Shown here one piece after another: positions 56,679-64,000 of a stretch of DNA of 64,000 bases (its first letter is position 1; each line of letters opens with the position of its first letter). Origin of the DNA: Deinococcus cellulosilyticus NBRC 106333 = KACC 11606 (GTDB taxonomy: Bacteria > Deinococcota > Deinococci > Deinococcales > Deinococcaceae); assembly GCF_007990775.1 (NCBI RefSeq), contig NZ_BJXB01000015.1, positions 89,053 to 153,052 of the forward strand. Reading direction: 5' to 3'. Made by a program: the position numbers and the translations under genes. The notes under the pieces are model-generated. The model saw only the letters and a list, made by a program, of their open reading frames with translations, was not told where the DNA came from and did no database searches.

Positions 56679-56957
56679 ATGAGCATCAACAAGACCGAAG
56701 TGATCCAGCAGTACGCAACCAAAGAAGGCGACACCGGCAGCACCGCAGTGCAGATTGCCATCCTCACCGCCCGCATCAACAACCTTTCTGCTCACCTGAA
56801 CGTGAACCAGAAAGACAAGCACGGCCAGCGCGGCCTGCAGATGATGGTCGGTCAGCGCCGCCGCCTGCTGCGTTACCTGGAGCGCAGCGACTTCCAGGGC
56901 TACATCGAACTGACCGACAAGCTCGGCATTCGCCGTGGTCACGCACAGGTCAAGTAA
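56679..56957 (+). CDS. rpsO: 30S ribosomal protein S15
   Basis: [40 protein letters not shown]...[16 protein letters not shown]... is canonical S15. A GGAG ribosome-binding site precedes it, after a leader of about 240 nt. Confidence 0.9.
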   Translation: MSINKTEVIQQYATKEGDTGSTAVQIAILTARINNLSAHLNVNQKDKHGQRGLQMMVGQRRRLLRYLERSDFQGYIELTDKLGIRRGHAQVK

Positions 56958-56973
56958 GTCAAGTTGCACCCAT

Positions 56974-57000
56974 GCCCACCCTTCGGGGTGGGTTTTTTTG
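56974..57000 (+). terminator. Rho-independent terminator after rpsO
   Basis: GCCCACCC-ttcg-GGGTGGG followed by TTTTTTTG. Confidence 0.8.
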
Positions 57001-57182
57001 TTCCTGATCTCAGCAGCCACTGTTTAAATCCAGATGTATCGTCCTGACCTTTCTATTCGCTTCTTGCCCTGACCACGCGCTTACGGGACGGCCCGTTTCG
57101 TGCTGGGCGCTTTGCTCAAGCAGAAGTCAGTTTAACTGACTTCTGCTGAAAGCAGTATGTTGATCCTGTGCACAAAATCCAC

Positions 57183-58511
57183 ATGCTGCTGCTTCTAGGA
57201 GCCCTCATGTCTGCAGCCCAGGCCAGAGAATTCAGAGTTCACGCCCTGCAACCCCAGTGGGAGATTGCGGTCTACAGGTCTGCAGAGACCTTCCAGAAAT
57301 GGATGCGCAGCCAGTTGATGCTGGCCCAGACCAACTTTGACCCTGAGCGCCCCAACCTGGTGGTCCTGACAGAGCTCAATGGTCTTCCCCTGGCGATCAG
57401 GGGCTCAGTGCTGGCGCAGAAAGCCCCCAGCCTGCAACTGGCCCTGGCAGCAAGCCTCATCAAACACCTTCCAGAAAGTGCCTATTTTGCCCTTTCAAAA
57501 AAGGTCAACATTGTGCAGGGCCTGATGCTGGCCCTCGCTCCAGAAAACATGCAACTGTACCTGAGGACCTGTGCAGAGCTTGCAAGGGAACATCAGGTTT
57601 ACCTGCTCTGTGGCAGCAGTGTGCACCCCAGACTCACAGAGCAAAACGGCACCATCCGCATGGGTGCTCCTGAACTCTACAATCAGGCGGTCTTGCTCAG
57701 TCCAGAAGGCAAAGTGCTTGGAACCTGGGACAAGGTTCACCTCACGGCAGATGAGTACCCACTCGGCATGGTGGATGCCCCTTTAAAGGATCTGGTCACG
57801 GTTCCCACTCCAGTGGGAGACATCGGGGTGGCCACCAGTCTGGACGCCTTCAGGCCAGATGTGATCGAGCAACTTGAGCGCACAGGGACCACTGTTTTTC
57901 TTCAACCCGATGCCAATGCCACAGAGTGGACAGGCACCGAGCACGGGACCTCCACAACAAGGCCCCAGCCGGAAGCGTGGCTGGACAGCAGCTGGGCTGT
58001 CGTGCAAAACAGCAGGACCATTCAGTACGCCGTGAATCCGATGGTGGTGGGCAACCTGTTTGATGTGAGTTTCGATGGACAGAGTGCCATCATTGGCAAG
58101 GCAGACCAGGCCGCCAACCAGCAGTCTTACATCATGACCGAGCCCAGAGCGGGATTCCTGGCCCTGATGCCCTGGGTGAAAGAGGGTACCCCTGAAGAGC
58201 TCAGGACCCTGGGGGAAAAGCTGAAAGCAGGCTCGAAAGATCCACAGGAAAACCAGTACCGCTCAGGGGCCATCTTTGCAGATCTGACCTTGCCAGCGAG
58301 CACCGTGCCACCCCATCCGTTGCGTCCTTATGAACAGGCCTTGCAGGCTGTGATTGACGGCAAAGACATCCACAATCCAGCCAGAGCCCTGGGTTTTTTC
58401 TGGTGGATCGTGGGAGGTCTGCTGCTCATGTCTCTGTTCAGCAGGGCAAAAAAAGGAACAAAAGTGGTGCTGGGCCTGTTGGGTCTGCTGCTGGTTGGGC
58501 TGGGATTCTAG
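57183..58511 (+). CDS. Extracytoplasmic carbon-nitrogen hydrolase (nitrilase superfamily)-like protein with Ser at the catalytic Cys position
   Basis: Signal peptide MLLLLGALMSAAQA; Glu motif VVLTE; Lys motif WDKVHL. The segment GDIGVATSLDAFRPD aligns to the GxIGvaICyDxRFPE Cys motif with Ser at the Cys position. Two C-terminal TM segments. Confidence 0.6.
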   Translation: MLLLLGALMSAAQAREFRVHALQPQWEIAVYRSAETFQKWMRSQLMLAQTNFDPERPNLVVLTELNGLPLAIRGSVLAQKAPSLQLALAASLIKHLPESAYFALSKKVNIVQGLMLALAPENMQLYLRTCAELAREHQVYLLCGSSVHPRLTEQNGTIRMGAPELYNQAVLLSPEGKVLGTWDKVHLTADEYPLGMVDAPLKDLVTVPTPVGDIGVATSLDAFRPDVIEQLERTGTTVFLQPDANATEWTGTEHGTSTTRPQPEAWLDSSWAVVQNSRTIQYAVNPMVVGNLFDVSFDGQSAIIGKADQAANQQSYIMTEPRAGFLALMPWVKEGTPEELRTLGEKLKAGSKDPQENQYRSGAIFADLTLPASTVPPHPLRPYEQALQAVIDGKDIHNPARALGFFWWIVGGLLLMSLFSRAKKGTKVVLGLLGLLLVGLGF

Positions 58512-59911
58512 AGCAGTCCAGCGTCATTGACCCGGTTGTTCTGCAAGGTGATGGTTTTGCGCGTTTTCAGGACCCGCAGTTCCACTTTTCCTGAAGGAAG
58601 CTGGGTGAATCCGAAATATCCCGTTGCATCCGTAACGGTGCGGGCCACCAGACGACCCGATTTCCAGAGTTCCACAGCCACCCCAGACGTCTCCTTGCCT
58701 TTCAATCGGCCTTTTAAAGAGGTGCTGGGCAGAGGGGCCACATCAAAGGCCTCACCTGCGGGCAGCAGGTTTTTCAGCCCCTCGTATTCGGTGGTCACAA
58801 CAGGATTGGACATGTAGTTCCCGAGGGTCGGGAAACGGTAAGAGTAACCCGCCCATCCCATCCCTGCCTCCAGGGCTTTCTGGGTCTGGGCCTGAATGCC
58901 AGCAAAATCATTGAGGTACCAGGCGATGCCAGACGCATTCACTCCAGCCTGTTTCGCTGCAAAATCCACCCACCCTGCGTACCACTGGTCCTGCGGGGCT
59001 TTGCTCTGGCGTTTGTAGTTCATCATCACGTTCAGCTCCAGATAGCCTTCTCTCAGCCACTGGGGCCAGTTCTGCAAAACCTCGCCATAAGTGCGGGTGG
59101 TTTTGAACTCTTCTGTGGTCTTCGGTGCAGCCCCGTAAGTGATGGTGGCCGCACTGAACCACGCTCTGGGCTTCACGCTTTTGACCTCCAGAAAGAGGTG
59201 TTTGACCAGCAGAGACACCTGTTCCCTTCTCCAGTCGCTCCATTTCCGGTCCTGGGGAATGGGCACACTGGTGGCCCCGGTTTCCCTGAAGTACCTGGAG
59301 AGCGAATAGGGATTGTATCCCCAGATGGGAGCACTGATCTTGACCGGATCAGGATACCGGATGCGGTCCAGCATGATGCCATCGAGTTCATAATTCTGGG
59401 CCAGGCTGCGCAGACCATCGGCAAAGAACTTCACCACCCCGGGATGGGCGAGGTCAAAGTAATAGTCTCTGCCGGTGTAGGCCTCACCTGCATTGTTGAA
59501 GGTCAGCCAGGTGTCTGCAAACTCATCCAGACCGTGGGCATTGATGGGATGAAGGGGGTTCTGGGGAGGGGTCACCTCACTGTTGGTCATCCCGTGAATG
59601 ATCACCCAGGCGTGCACCTGCATGCCTGCTTTGTGGGCTTCACGGATCAGGACGTCCAGAGGATCAAACCCTCTGGGCATGGCAGGATCTTCCGTCACCG
59701 GGAAGGTGCTTTTCAGGCAGTAGCAATCTGCCCGCCTCACCACCTGGGGAAAAAGGGTGTTGAGGCCCATGGTTCGGGCATCCTGCACCAGTTTCCTGAT
59801 TTCCGTTTCGGTTTTGAAACCTGGACCAAAAGCGTCCACCCACAGGCCCCGAAGGGGTGCAGCAGCAGCGGTGGAGAGCAAAGCAGACAGAAGGAGCACG
59901 ATGCGTTTCAT
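58508..59911 (-). CDS. Secreted glycoside-hydrolase-like TIM-barrel protein (GHL10/DUF187-type) with a C-terminal beta-sandwich domain
   Basis: Signal peptide [19 protein letters not shown], a GHL10-like core (...[10 protein letters not shown]...[10 protein letters not shown]...), and a C-terminal CarbopepD_reg-like segment. Confidence 0.55.
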   Translation of the reverse strand: MKRIVLLLSALLSTAAAAPLRGLWVDAFGPGFKTETEIRKLVQDARTMGLNTLFPQVVRRADCYCLKSTFPVTEDPAMPRGFDPLDVLIREAHKAGMQVHAWVIIHGMTNSEVTPPQNPLHPINAHGLDEFADTWLTFNNAGEAYTGRDYYFDLAHPGVVKFFADGLRSLAQNYELDGIMLDRIRYPDPVKISAPIWGYNPYSLSRYFRETGATSVPIPQDRKWSDWRREQVSLLVKHLFLEVKSVKPRAWFSAATITYGAAPKTTEEFKTTRTYGEVLQNWPQWLREGYLELNVMMNYKRQSKAPQDQWYAGWVDFAAKQAGVNASGIAWYLNDFAGIQAQTQKALEAGMGWAGYSYRFPTLGNYMSNPVVTTEYEGLKNLLPAGEAFDVAPLPSTSLKGRLKGKETSGVAVELWKSGRLVARTVTDATGYFGFTQLPSGKVELRVLKTRKTITLQNNRVNDAGLL

Positions 59912-60065
59912 GGTGTCTGGGTCAGTATACGGGCTGCCTGTGAAAATTGGCCTTAAGGTTTGCAGGCCCTTTCAACACAAATGTGCACTTCCGGGAAAGT
60001 GTGCTATAATTGCAAGGCTTATTCTGGGCCGAAGAGGCTCAGGACTCCAAGGGAGGCTTAAGAAC

Positions 60066-60287
60066 ATGGCTAAAGTCTGCGAACTTTGCGGAAAAGGACC
60101 CGTCGTGGTGAACAGTGTCATCCGTCGTGGTAAGGCAAAAAAAGATGGCGGTGTGGGTCGTAAAACCACCGGCATCACCAAAACCCGTCAGCTGCCCAAC
60201 CTGCAGCGTGTGACCCTGCGCCGTGGTGAAGCCACCCTGCGCCTGCGTGTCTGCACCAAGTGCCTGAAGAGCGCCCACACCCTCTAA
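60066..60287 (+). CDS. rpmB: 50S ribosomal protein L28
   Basis: [18 protein letters not shown]...CTKCLKS matches L28. An extended -10 promoter TGcTATAAT lies at about 60005-60013, and a GGGAGG ribosome-binding site precedes the ATG. Confidence 0.9.
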   Translation: MAKVCELCGKGPVVVNSVIRRGKAKKDGGVGRKTTGITKTRQLPNLQRVTLRRGEATLRLRVCTKCLKSAHTL

Positions 60288-60304
60288 GGGTGCGGTCCAC
60301 CTAG

Positions 60305-60347
60305 CAAGCCTCACTTCTGAATCCCTGGAGTGAGGCTTAACTTTTGC
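60305..60347 (+). terminator. Rho-independent terminator after rpmB
   Basis: AAGCCTCACT-tctgaatccctgg-AGTGAGGCTT followed by AACTTTTG. A second hairpin, AAACGCAG...CTGCGTTTTTTT, lies at 60369-60400. Confidence 0.7.
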
Positions 60348-60439
60348 AGGCAGACCATTGCTTAACTGAAAACGCAGATGCACAGCGCTGCGTTTTTTTC
60401 TATTGTTGAAATGAAAAAACCAGTAAAGGACAATGGAAC

Positions 60440-61171
60440 ATGCCCAAACTCAATCAAATTATCGCTGTGGAAAAATCAGTCAAAAGCCGCTCTTTTCAGG
60501 AACTCACTGAGGCGCATCACGCCCTGCAGAAACCCACCCTGCTTGCGGGCATCTCCCGCACCTACAGACCCAAAGATGAAGAGGGAGAGCAACTGCCTCC
60601 CGAGTCCACCCGTGTGCAGGTGAAAGCAGAGGAGATCATTCAGCGCACCTCACAGATCCTCTCCAATCTTTTTGATGTGACTGCCACCAAAGACTGGACC
60701 AACTGTGAAGCCAGAGCCAATGTGGTGGTCGGGGAACAGGTTCTGCTGAAAGACGTTCCCGTGAGCTATCTGCTTTTCCTGGAAAAACAACTGGTGGATC
60801 TGGTGACCTTTGTGCGTAAGCTGCCTGTGCTGGACGCCTCCGAAAGCTGGTCTTTCGACCCTGGTGCAGACTGCTACGCCACAGAACCCATCCAGACGGT
60901 GCGCACCAAGAAAATCCCACGCAACCACGTCAAAGCAGAGGCCACCGACAAGCACCCCGCCCAGGTGGAGGTCTACTACGAGGATGTGACTGTGGGTTAC
61001 TGGCGCACCATCAAATTCTCTGGAGCCCTCCCTGCCCAGCGGGTCCATGAGCTTCTGGGTCGCATCCAGAAGTTGCAACAGGCCGTCAAATTTGCCCGTG
61101 AAGAAGCCAACGGCGTGGAGGCAAAAGAGCAGAAGGTTGGAGAAAAGATCTTCAATTACCTCTTCGGTTGA
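60440..61171 (+). CDS. Hypothetical protein of 243 aa with no recognisable domain
   Basis: Clean ORF with a plausible ribosome-binding site. It lies immediately upstream of the tRNA-like ncRNA locus. Confidence 0.5.
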   Translation: MPKLNQIIAVEKSVKSRSFQELTEAHHALQKPTLLAGISRTYRPKDEEGEQLPPESTRVQVKAEEIIQRTSQILSNLFDVTATKDWTNCEARANVVVGEQVLLKDVPVSYLLFLEKQLVDLVTFVRKLPVLDASESWSFDPGADCYATEPIQTVRTKKIPRNHVKAEATDKHPAQVEVYYEDVTVGYWRTIKFSGALPAQRVHELLGRIQKLQQAVKFAREEANGVEAKEQKVGEKIFNYLFG

Positions 61172-61228
61172 TCTGGCCTACGCCGTTTGATGAATGCCCG
61201 GGGTCTGGCCCACCTCTATAATGGGTTC

Positions 61229-61595
61229 TGGAGTACCAGGCTCAGTCTGAACTTCAAGCTCACCGGAGCGAGGTGCACAGTGCAGGTTCGACTCCTGCCC
61301 CTGCCACTCCTGGCAGGGTGGCCCAACGGCAGAGGCACACCCAACTCCACCATCAACTTCAAGTTCTTGCTCCAGACTCCGTATTCGCTGCTGAACGTCA
61401 AATCGAATGCCAATGGTCGGAACTTGCTGGATATGGGTTCAAATCTCATCTGGCCCGCCACTCATGGGCCGGTGGCCTAACGGTAAGGCACAGCAACCTC
61501 AAGAATGAACCAGAGGCTTAAACGTGTTGATGTGTGCAATTGAGCAGCACACCCTGGCTCCGAATCAGGCTACGATTCGGGGCCGCTTTTTTGGA
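61229..61595 (+). ncRNA. Candidate structured ncRNA of about 370 nt containing two circularly permuted tRNA-like cloverleaf modules (Y-RNA-like tRNA mimic), with its own -10 box and terminator
   Basis: Perfect TATAAT at 61217-61222. Module 1 spans 61265-61348: GGAG-cga-GGTG / CACAGT / T-arm GCAGG-TTCGACT-CCTGC / CCCTGCC-A-ctcct-GGCAGGG / TG / D-arm GCC-CAACGGCAGA-GGC / A / CACC-caa-CTCC. Module 2 spans 61424-61496: TTGCTG / GAT / T-arm ATGGG-TTCAAAT-CTCAT / CTGGCCC-G-CCActcat-GGGCCGG / TG / D-arm GCC-TAACGGTAA-GGC / A / CAGCAA. The terminator GGCTCCGAATC-aggctac-GATTCGGGGCC plus TTTTTT lies at 61555-61595. Confidence 0.4.
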
Positions 61596-61615
61596 CCCCC
61601 TGACAGATTCTGAGC

Positions 61616-62116
61616 TCAGGCTTCCAGGGTGTTGCGCGGTGCTTCAGGCTTTCTGGCGAACAGACTGGAGGCCATCAGCAGAATGGTCCCAGAGACAATG
61701 CAGATGTCTGCAAGGTTGAAAATGGGAAAGGGCTGCCCATAAATCCTCTGTGTGACCCAGGACAATTGGTGGGAATAAAACATGTCAATCACCTTGCCAT
61801 ACCAGAAAACATCAATGGCGTTTCCCACAGCCCCCACAGCGATCAGGAGCAAACTCCAGAAGGTGATGCCCTGGGGTTTCTGTTTTGAAAGATAAAACAG
61901 AAGGCCAATTCCCACCCCAACACGAAGCACAGCCAGGAAGACAGTGGCTCCAGCAAACAGGTTCCACGCTGCCCCTGTGTTAAAGGTGAGGATAAGGGAC
62001 AGGACGTTCTGAATCACGGGTGTGTAGGTATCGGTCTGCAGGTGACCCAGAGACCAGACTTTAAGCCACTGGTCCAGTCCAATCAATACAGCGAAAATCA
62101 AGAGGGCAACGGGCAT
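61616..62116 (-). CDS. lspA: Lipoprotein signal peptidase (signal peptidase II)
   Basis: Conserved LspA blocks ...NTGAAW..., ...VGNAIDV..., ...FPIFNLAD... and four TM segments. Confidence 0.8.
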   Translation of the reverse strand: MPVALLIFAVLIGLDQWLKVWSLGHLQTDTYTPVIQNVLSLILTFNTGAAWNLFAGATVFLAVLRVGVGIGLLFYLSKQKPQGITFWSLLLIAVGAVGNAIDVFWYGKVIDMFYSHQLSWVTQRIYGQPFPIFNLADICIVSGTILLMASSLFARKPEAPRNTLEA

Positions 62117-62190
62117 ACTGCATGGTATCTGCCCGGAAGATGAGATAAAAAAACCGGAGGTAACCTCCAGTCACAGTTCCAAAACAGTGT

Positions 62191-62694
62191 TCAGGCTTCT
62201 GGCGTGGTTTGCTTTTTGGGCTCAGGTTTCTTGCTGAAGAGGCTGGCTGCAATCAGCAAAATGGTTCCCACCACCACACAGGAATCTGCAATGTTGAAAA
62301 TGGGGAAGTCCTGCTGATGGATCTTCTGGGTGACCCAGGAGAGCTGGTGGGAGTAGAACATGTCCACCACTTTGCCCAGGCGAATGCCATCAATGGCATT
62401 GCCCACTGCTCCAGCAGCGATCAGAACCAGAGACCAGAAGGTGATGCCTCTGGGTTTTTCCCTCCAGAGGTAGACCAGAATCCCGATTCCCACCACCAGG
62501 CGCAGCACAGCCAGAATTTTGGTGGCTCCACCCAGCATTCCCCAGGCGGCACCTGTGTTGTAGACCAGGGTCAGGGAGAGCACATTGTCAATCAGGGGTT
62601 TCAGAACGTAAGGCTGCAGGTTTCCGACCGACCAGGCTTTAAGCCACTGGTCAAGACCAATCAGCACGGCAAAGACAATCAGAGCAAGCGGCAT
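62191..62694 (-). CDS. lspA: Lipoprotein signal peptidase, second tandem paralog
   Basis: Same conserved blocks (NTGAAW, GNAIDG, FPIFNIAD). It shares colinear conserved blocks with the adjacent copy. Start at MPLALIVF. Confidence 0.8.
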   Translation of the reverse strand: MPLALIVFAVLIGLDQWLKAWSVGNLQPYVLKPLIDNVLSLTLVYNTGAAWGMLGGATKILAVLRLVVGIGILVYLWREKPRGITFWSLVLIAAGAVGNAIDGIRLGKVVDMFYSHQLSWVTQKIHQQDFPIFNIADSCVVVGTILLIAASLFSKKPEPKKQTTPEA

Positions 62695-62824
62695 CCCTAG
62701 AAGTATACCGGAGCCAAAAATGAAACGGGTAGGGAAGATCACTGGCAGTGTGCAGCGCAGCCTGAGCTGCGTCAAATCCGTACAAAACAACTTTCCGTCA
62801 GAGCAAAAATGTTAGATTAAACCC

Positions 62825-63292
62825 ATGGCGAAAGTGGAGTCCTTCGATTTAGACCACACCAGGGTTCGCGCTCCATACGTGCGCATTGCTGGCGTGAAAC
62901 ACACCCCGAAAGGGGACACCATCACCAAATATGACCTGCGTCTGACCCAGCCCAATCAGGAAGCCATCGATTCCGCAACCCTACACACCCTGGAGCACCT
63001 GCTTGCAGGCTACCTGAGAGACCACCTGGAGAATGTGCTGGATGTGTCCCCCATGGGCTGCCGCACGGGCATGTACATGGCTGTGATCGCTGAACCTGCT
63101 CCTGACGATGTGCGAGCAGCTTTCGAGAAATCCCTTGAAAATGTGGCCCAGCACGGTGAGAAGATTCCCGGAGTCAGTGAACTGGAATGTGGCAACTACC
63201 GGGACCATGACCTGCAAAATGCCAGAGCGGTGGCCAGAAAAGTGCTGGACCAGGGCCTGATTGTGCAGGAGACCATCAACATTCAAAGATGA
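62825..63292 (+). CDS. luxS: S-ribosylhomocysteine lyase LuxS
   Basis: The metal-binding HTLEHL motif and the conserved Cys region ...SPMGCRTG... support the call. Confidence 0.9.
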   Translation: MAKVESFDLDHTRVRAPYVRIAGVKHTPKGDTITKYDLRLTQPNQEAIDSATLHTLEHLLAGYLRDHLENVLDVSPMGCRTGMYMAVIAEPAPDDVRAAFEKSLENVAQHGEKIPGVSELECGNYRDHDLQNARAVARKVLDQGLIVQETINIQR

Positions 63293-63302
63293 CACGGCAG
63301 CG

Positions 63303-63824
63303 ATGACACAGCTTCCCCCCTCAGACGACCCCCTCAAAGCACTTGACCAGACCCTGCTGCAGCTCCTGACTGCGCTGGAGGTCGTTCTGATTGCCCGTCC
63401 TCTGGCCACTGTCCTGGGGGAAGAAGAAGAGGTGACCGGTGCCCAGCTCCGCACCCTGCGTTTTCTGGACAGTGTGGAATTCGCTCTGGTGGGTGACATT
63501 GCCGCTGGACTGGGCATTTCCTATCCTGCAGCAACCAAGGCCGTGGATCGCCTGTGTGACCGGGGTCTTGCCGAGCGTTACAGAGATGCCATGGATGCAC
63601 GCCGAATCCAGGTCAGCCTGACCGCCAGAGGAAAGTCTGTTCTGCAGGAGGTGCAGTCTGAACGCACCCGCTACCTGCAGGGCATTTTTGAGCAGCTGCC
63701 CCAGTCCCCAGCAGAAATGAACAGCCAGCTTTCTCTGCTGCTCCGGGAGATCATCCGAGATCCTGATGTCCTGGACGCAATTCGCAGGCAGAGCGGACAG
63801 GTCAGAACAGACGGACATATATAA
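63303..63824 (+). CDS. MarR-family transcriptional regulator
   Basis: The winged helix-turn-helix ...LRTLRFLDSVEFALVGDIAAGLGISYPAATKAVDRLCDRGL...RRIQVSLTARGK supports the call. Start chosen at the internal ATG of track ORF 63261..63824. Confidence 0.75.
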   Translation: MTQLPPSDDPLKALDQTLLQLLTALEVVLIARPLATVLGEEEEVTGAQLRTLRFLDSVEFALVGDIAAGLGISYPAATKAVDRLCDRGLAERYRDAMDARRIQVSLTARGKSVLQEVQSERTRYLQGIFEQLPQSPAEMNSQLSLLLREIIRDPDVLDAIRRQSGQVRTDGHI

Positions 63825-63832
63825 GGAGAGAA

Positions 63833-63858
63833 ATCAGGAGGCGCAAGCCTCCTTTTTT
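63833..63858 (+). terminator. Rho-independent terminator after the MarR gene
   Basis: AGGAGGC-gcaa-GCCTCCT followed by TTTTTTG. Confidence 0.75.
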
Positions 63859-64000
63859 GTTGCTTTTGTTTCCCTCTTTCTGTGGCACTTCCCTCCAAAA
63901 TCTGTATAGACAAGTGCTTTGGTAAGCAGATGCTGCTAGGGGTTTTTTTGCCGTCTGAAACGTTCTGCTTATGGTGTATGCGGATGTGGCGTATCAGGGG

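Noticed and set aside
61265-61496. Ordinary tandem tRNA genes
   Set aside because: Each 5' acceptor strand with its D-arm is followed by sequence that cannot form an anticodon arm. No matching 3' acceptor strand lies within 70-95 nt. The only complementary acceptor strands are the immediately adjacent ones, arranged as 3' strand, loop, 5' strand, so the cloverleaves are permuted and not canonical.
61273-61521. Track ORFs 61273..61521 (+), 61187..61480 (+) and 61216..61461 (-)
   Set aside because: They overlay the tRNA-like structured elements, have no ribosome-binding site or domain, and show low-complexity composition.
61222-61600. tmRNA (ssrA), either standard or two-piece permuted
   Set aside because: The 5' and 3' acceptor strands of a standard tmRNA would have to pair over about 350 nt and do not: GGCAGGG does not pair with CTGGCCC. 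No reading frame here ends in a typical hydrophobic ALAA-like tag plus stop; the only frame ends ...NEPEA. The putative coding piece after 61466 is too short (about 130 nt) for pseudoknots.

Overview
The window is a 64-kb chromosomal segment with GC around 60% that resembles Deinococcus: the ribosomal proteins L21, L27, S15 and L28 are closest to Deinococcus orthologues. It is gene-dense, with roughly 70 protein genes, one tRNA-Leu(GAG) and no CRISPR array, integrase or transposase.

Housekeeping content includes rplU-rpmA, obg, yqeK, an LCP-family protein, rsfS, sufE and a rhodanese, ilvA, truA, rpsO, rpmB, two tandem lspA copies, luxS and a MarR regulator.

Accessory content includes:
- a LacI-controlled sugar ABC uptake operon with an amylo-alpha-1,6-glucosidase-like hydrolase;
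- an NMT1-type binding protein paired with a fused ATPase-permease ABC protein;
- a cytoplasmic molybdopterin oxidoreductase operon carrying a lipoprotein and an orphan sensor kinase;
- two tandem c-di-GMP turnover proteins next to an atypical radical-SAM enzyme;
- an NfeD-flotillin-serine hydrolase operon;
- an ABC-2 exporter pair;
- two TetR modules, one of which follows three tandem paralogous small membrane-protein genes and a perfect 27-bp palindromic operator.

The most unusual signal is an apparently non-coding transcription unit at about 61.2-61.6 kb, just upstream of the lspA pair. It has a perfect TATAAT -10 box and a rho-independent terminator. Inside it are two complete tRNA-like cloverleaf modules that are circularly permuted at the anticodon loop, reading T-arm, 3' acceptor strand, short loop, 5' acceptor strand, D-arm. 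This is the architecture described for the tRNA-mimic domain of bacterial Y RNAs, but no canonical tRNA, tmRNA or tag reading frame fits.

Other notable signals:
- a recurring family of heptamer tandem repeats (GCCGAGG / GCAGAAG and their complements) that forms inverted-repeat-bounded intergenic elements at ten or more sites;
- a cytoplasmic 163-aa protein built from six 22-aa Gly-rich repeats;
- an extracytoplasmic nitrilase-superfamily protein whose catalytic Cys position carries Ser;
- several palindromic operator candidates.
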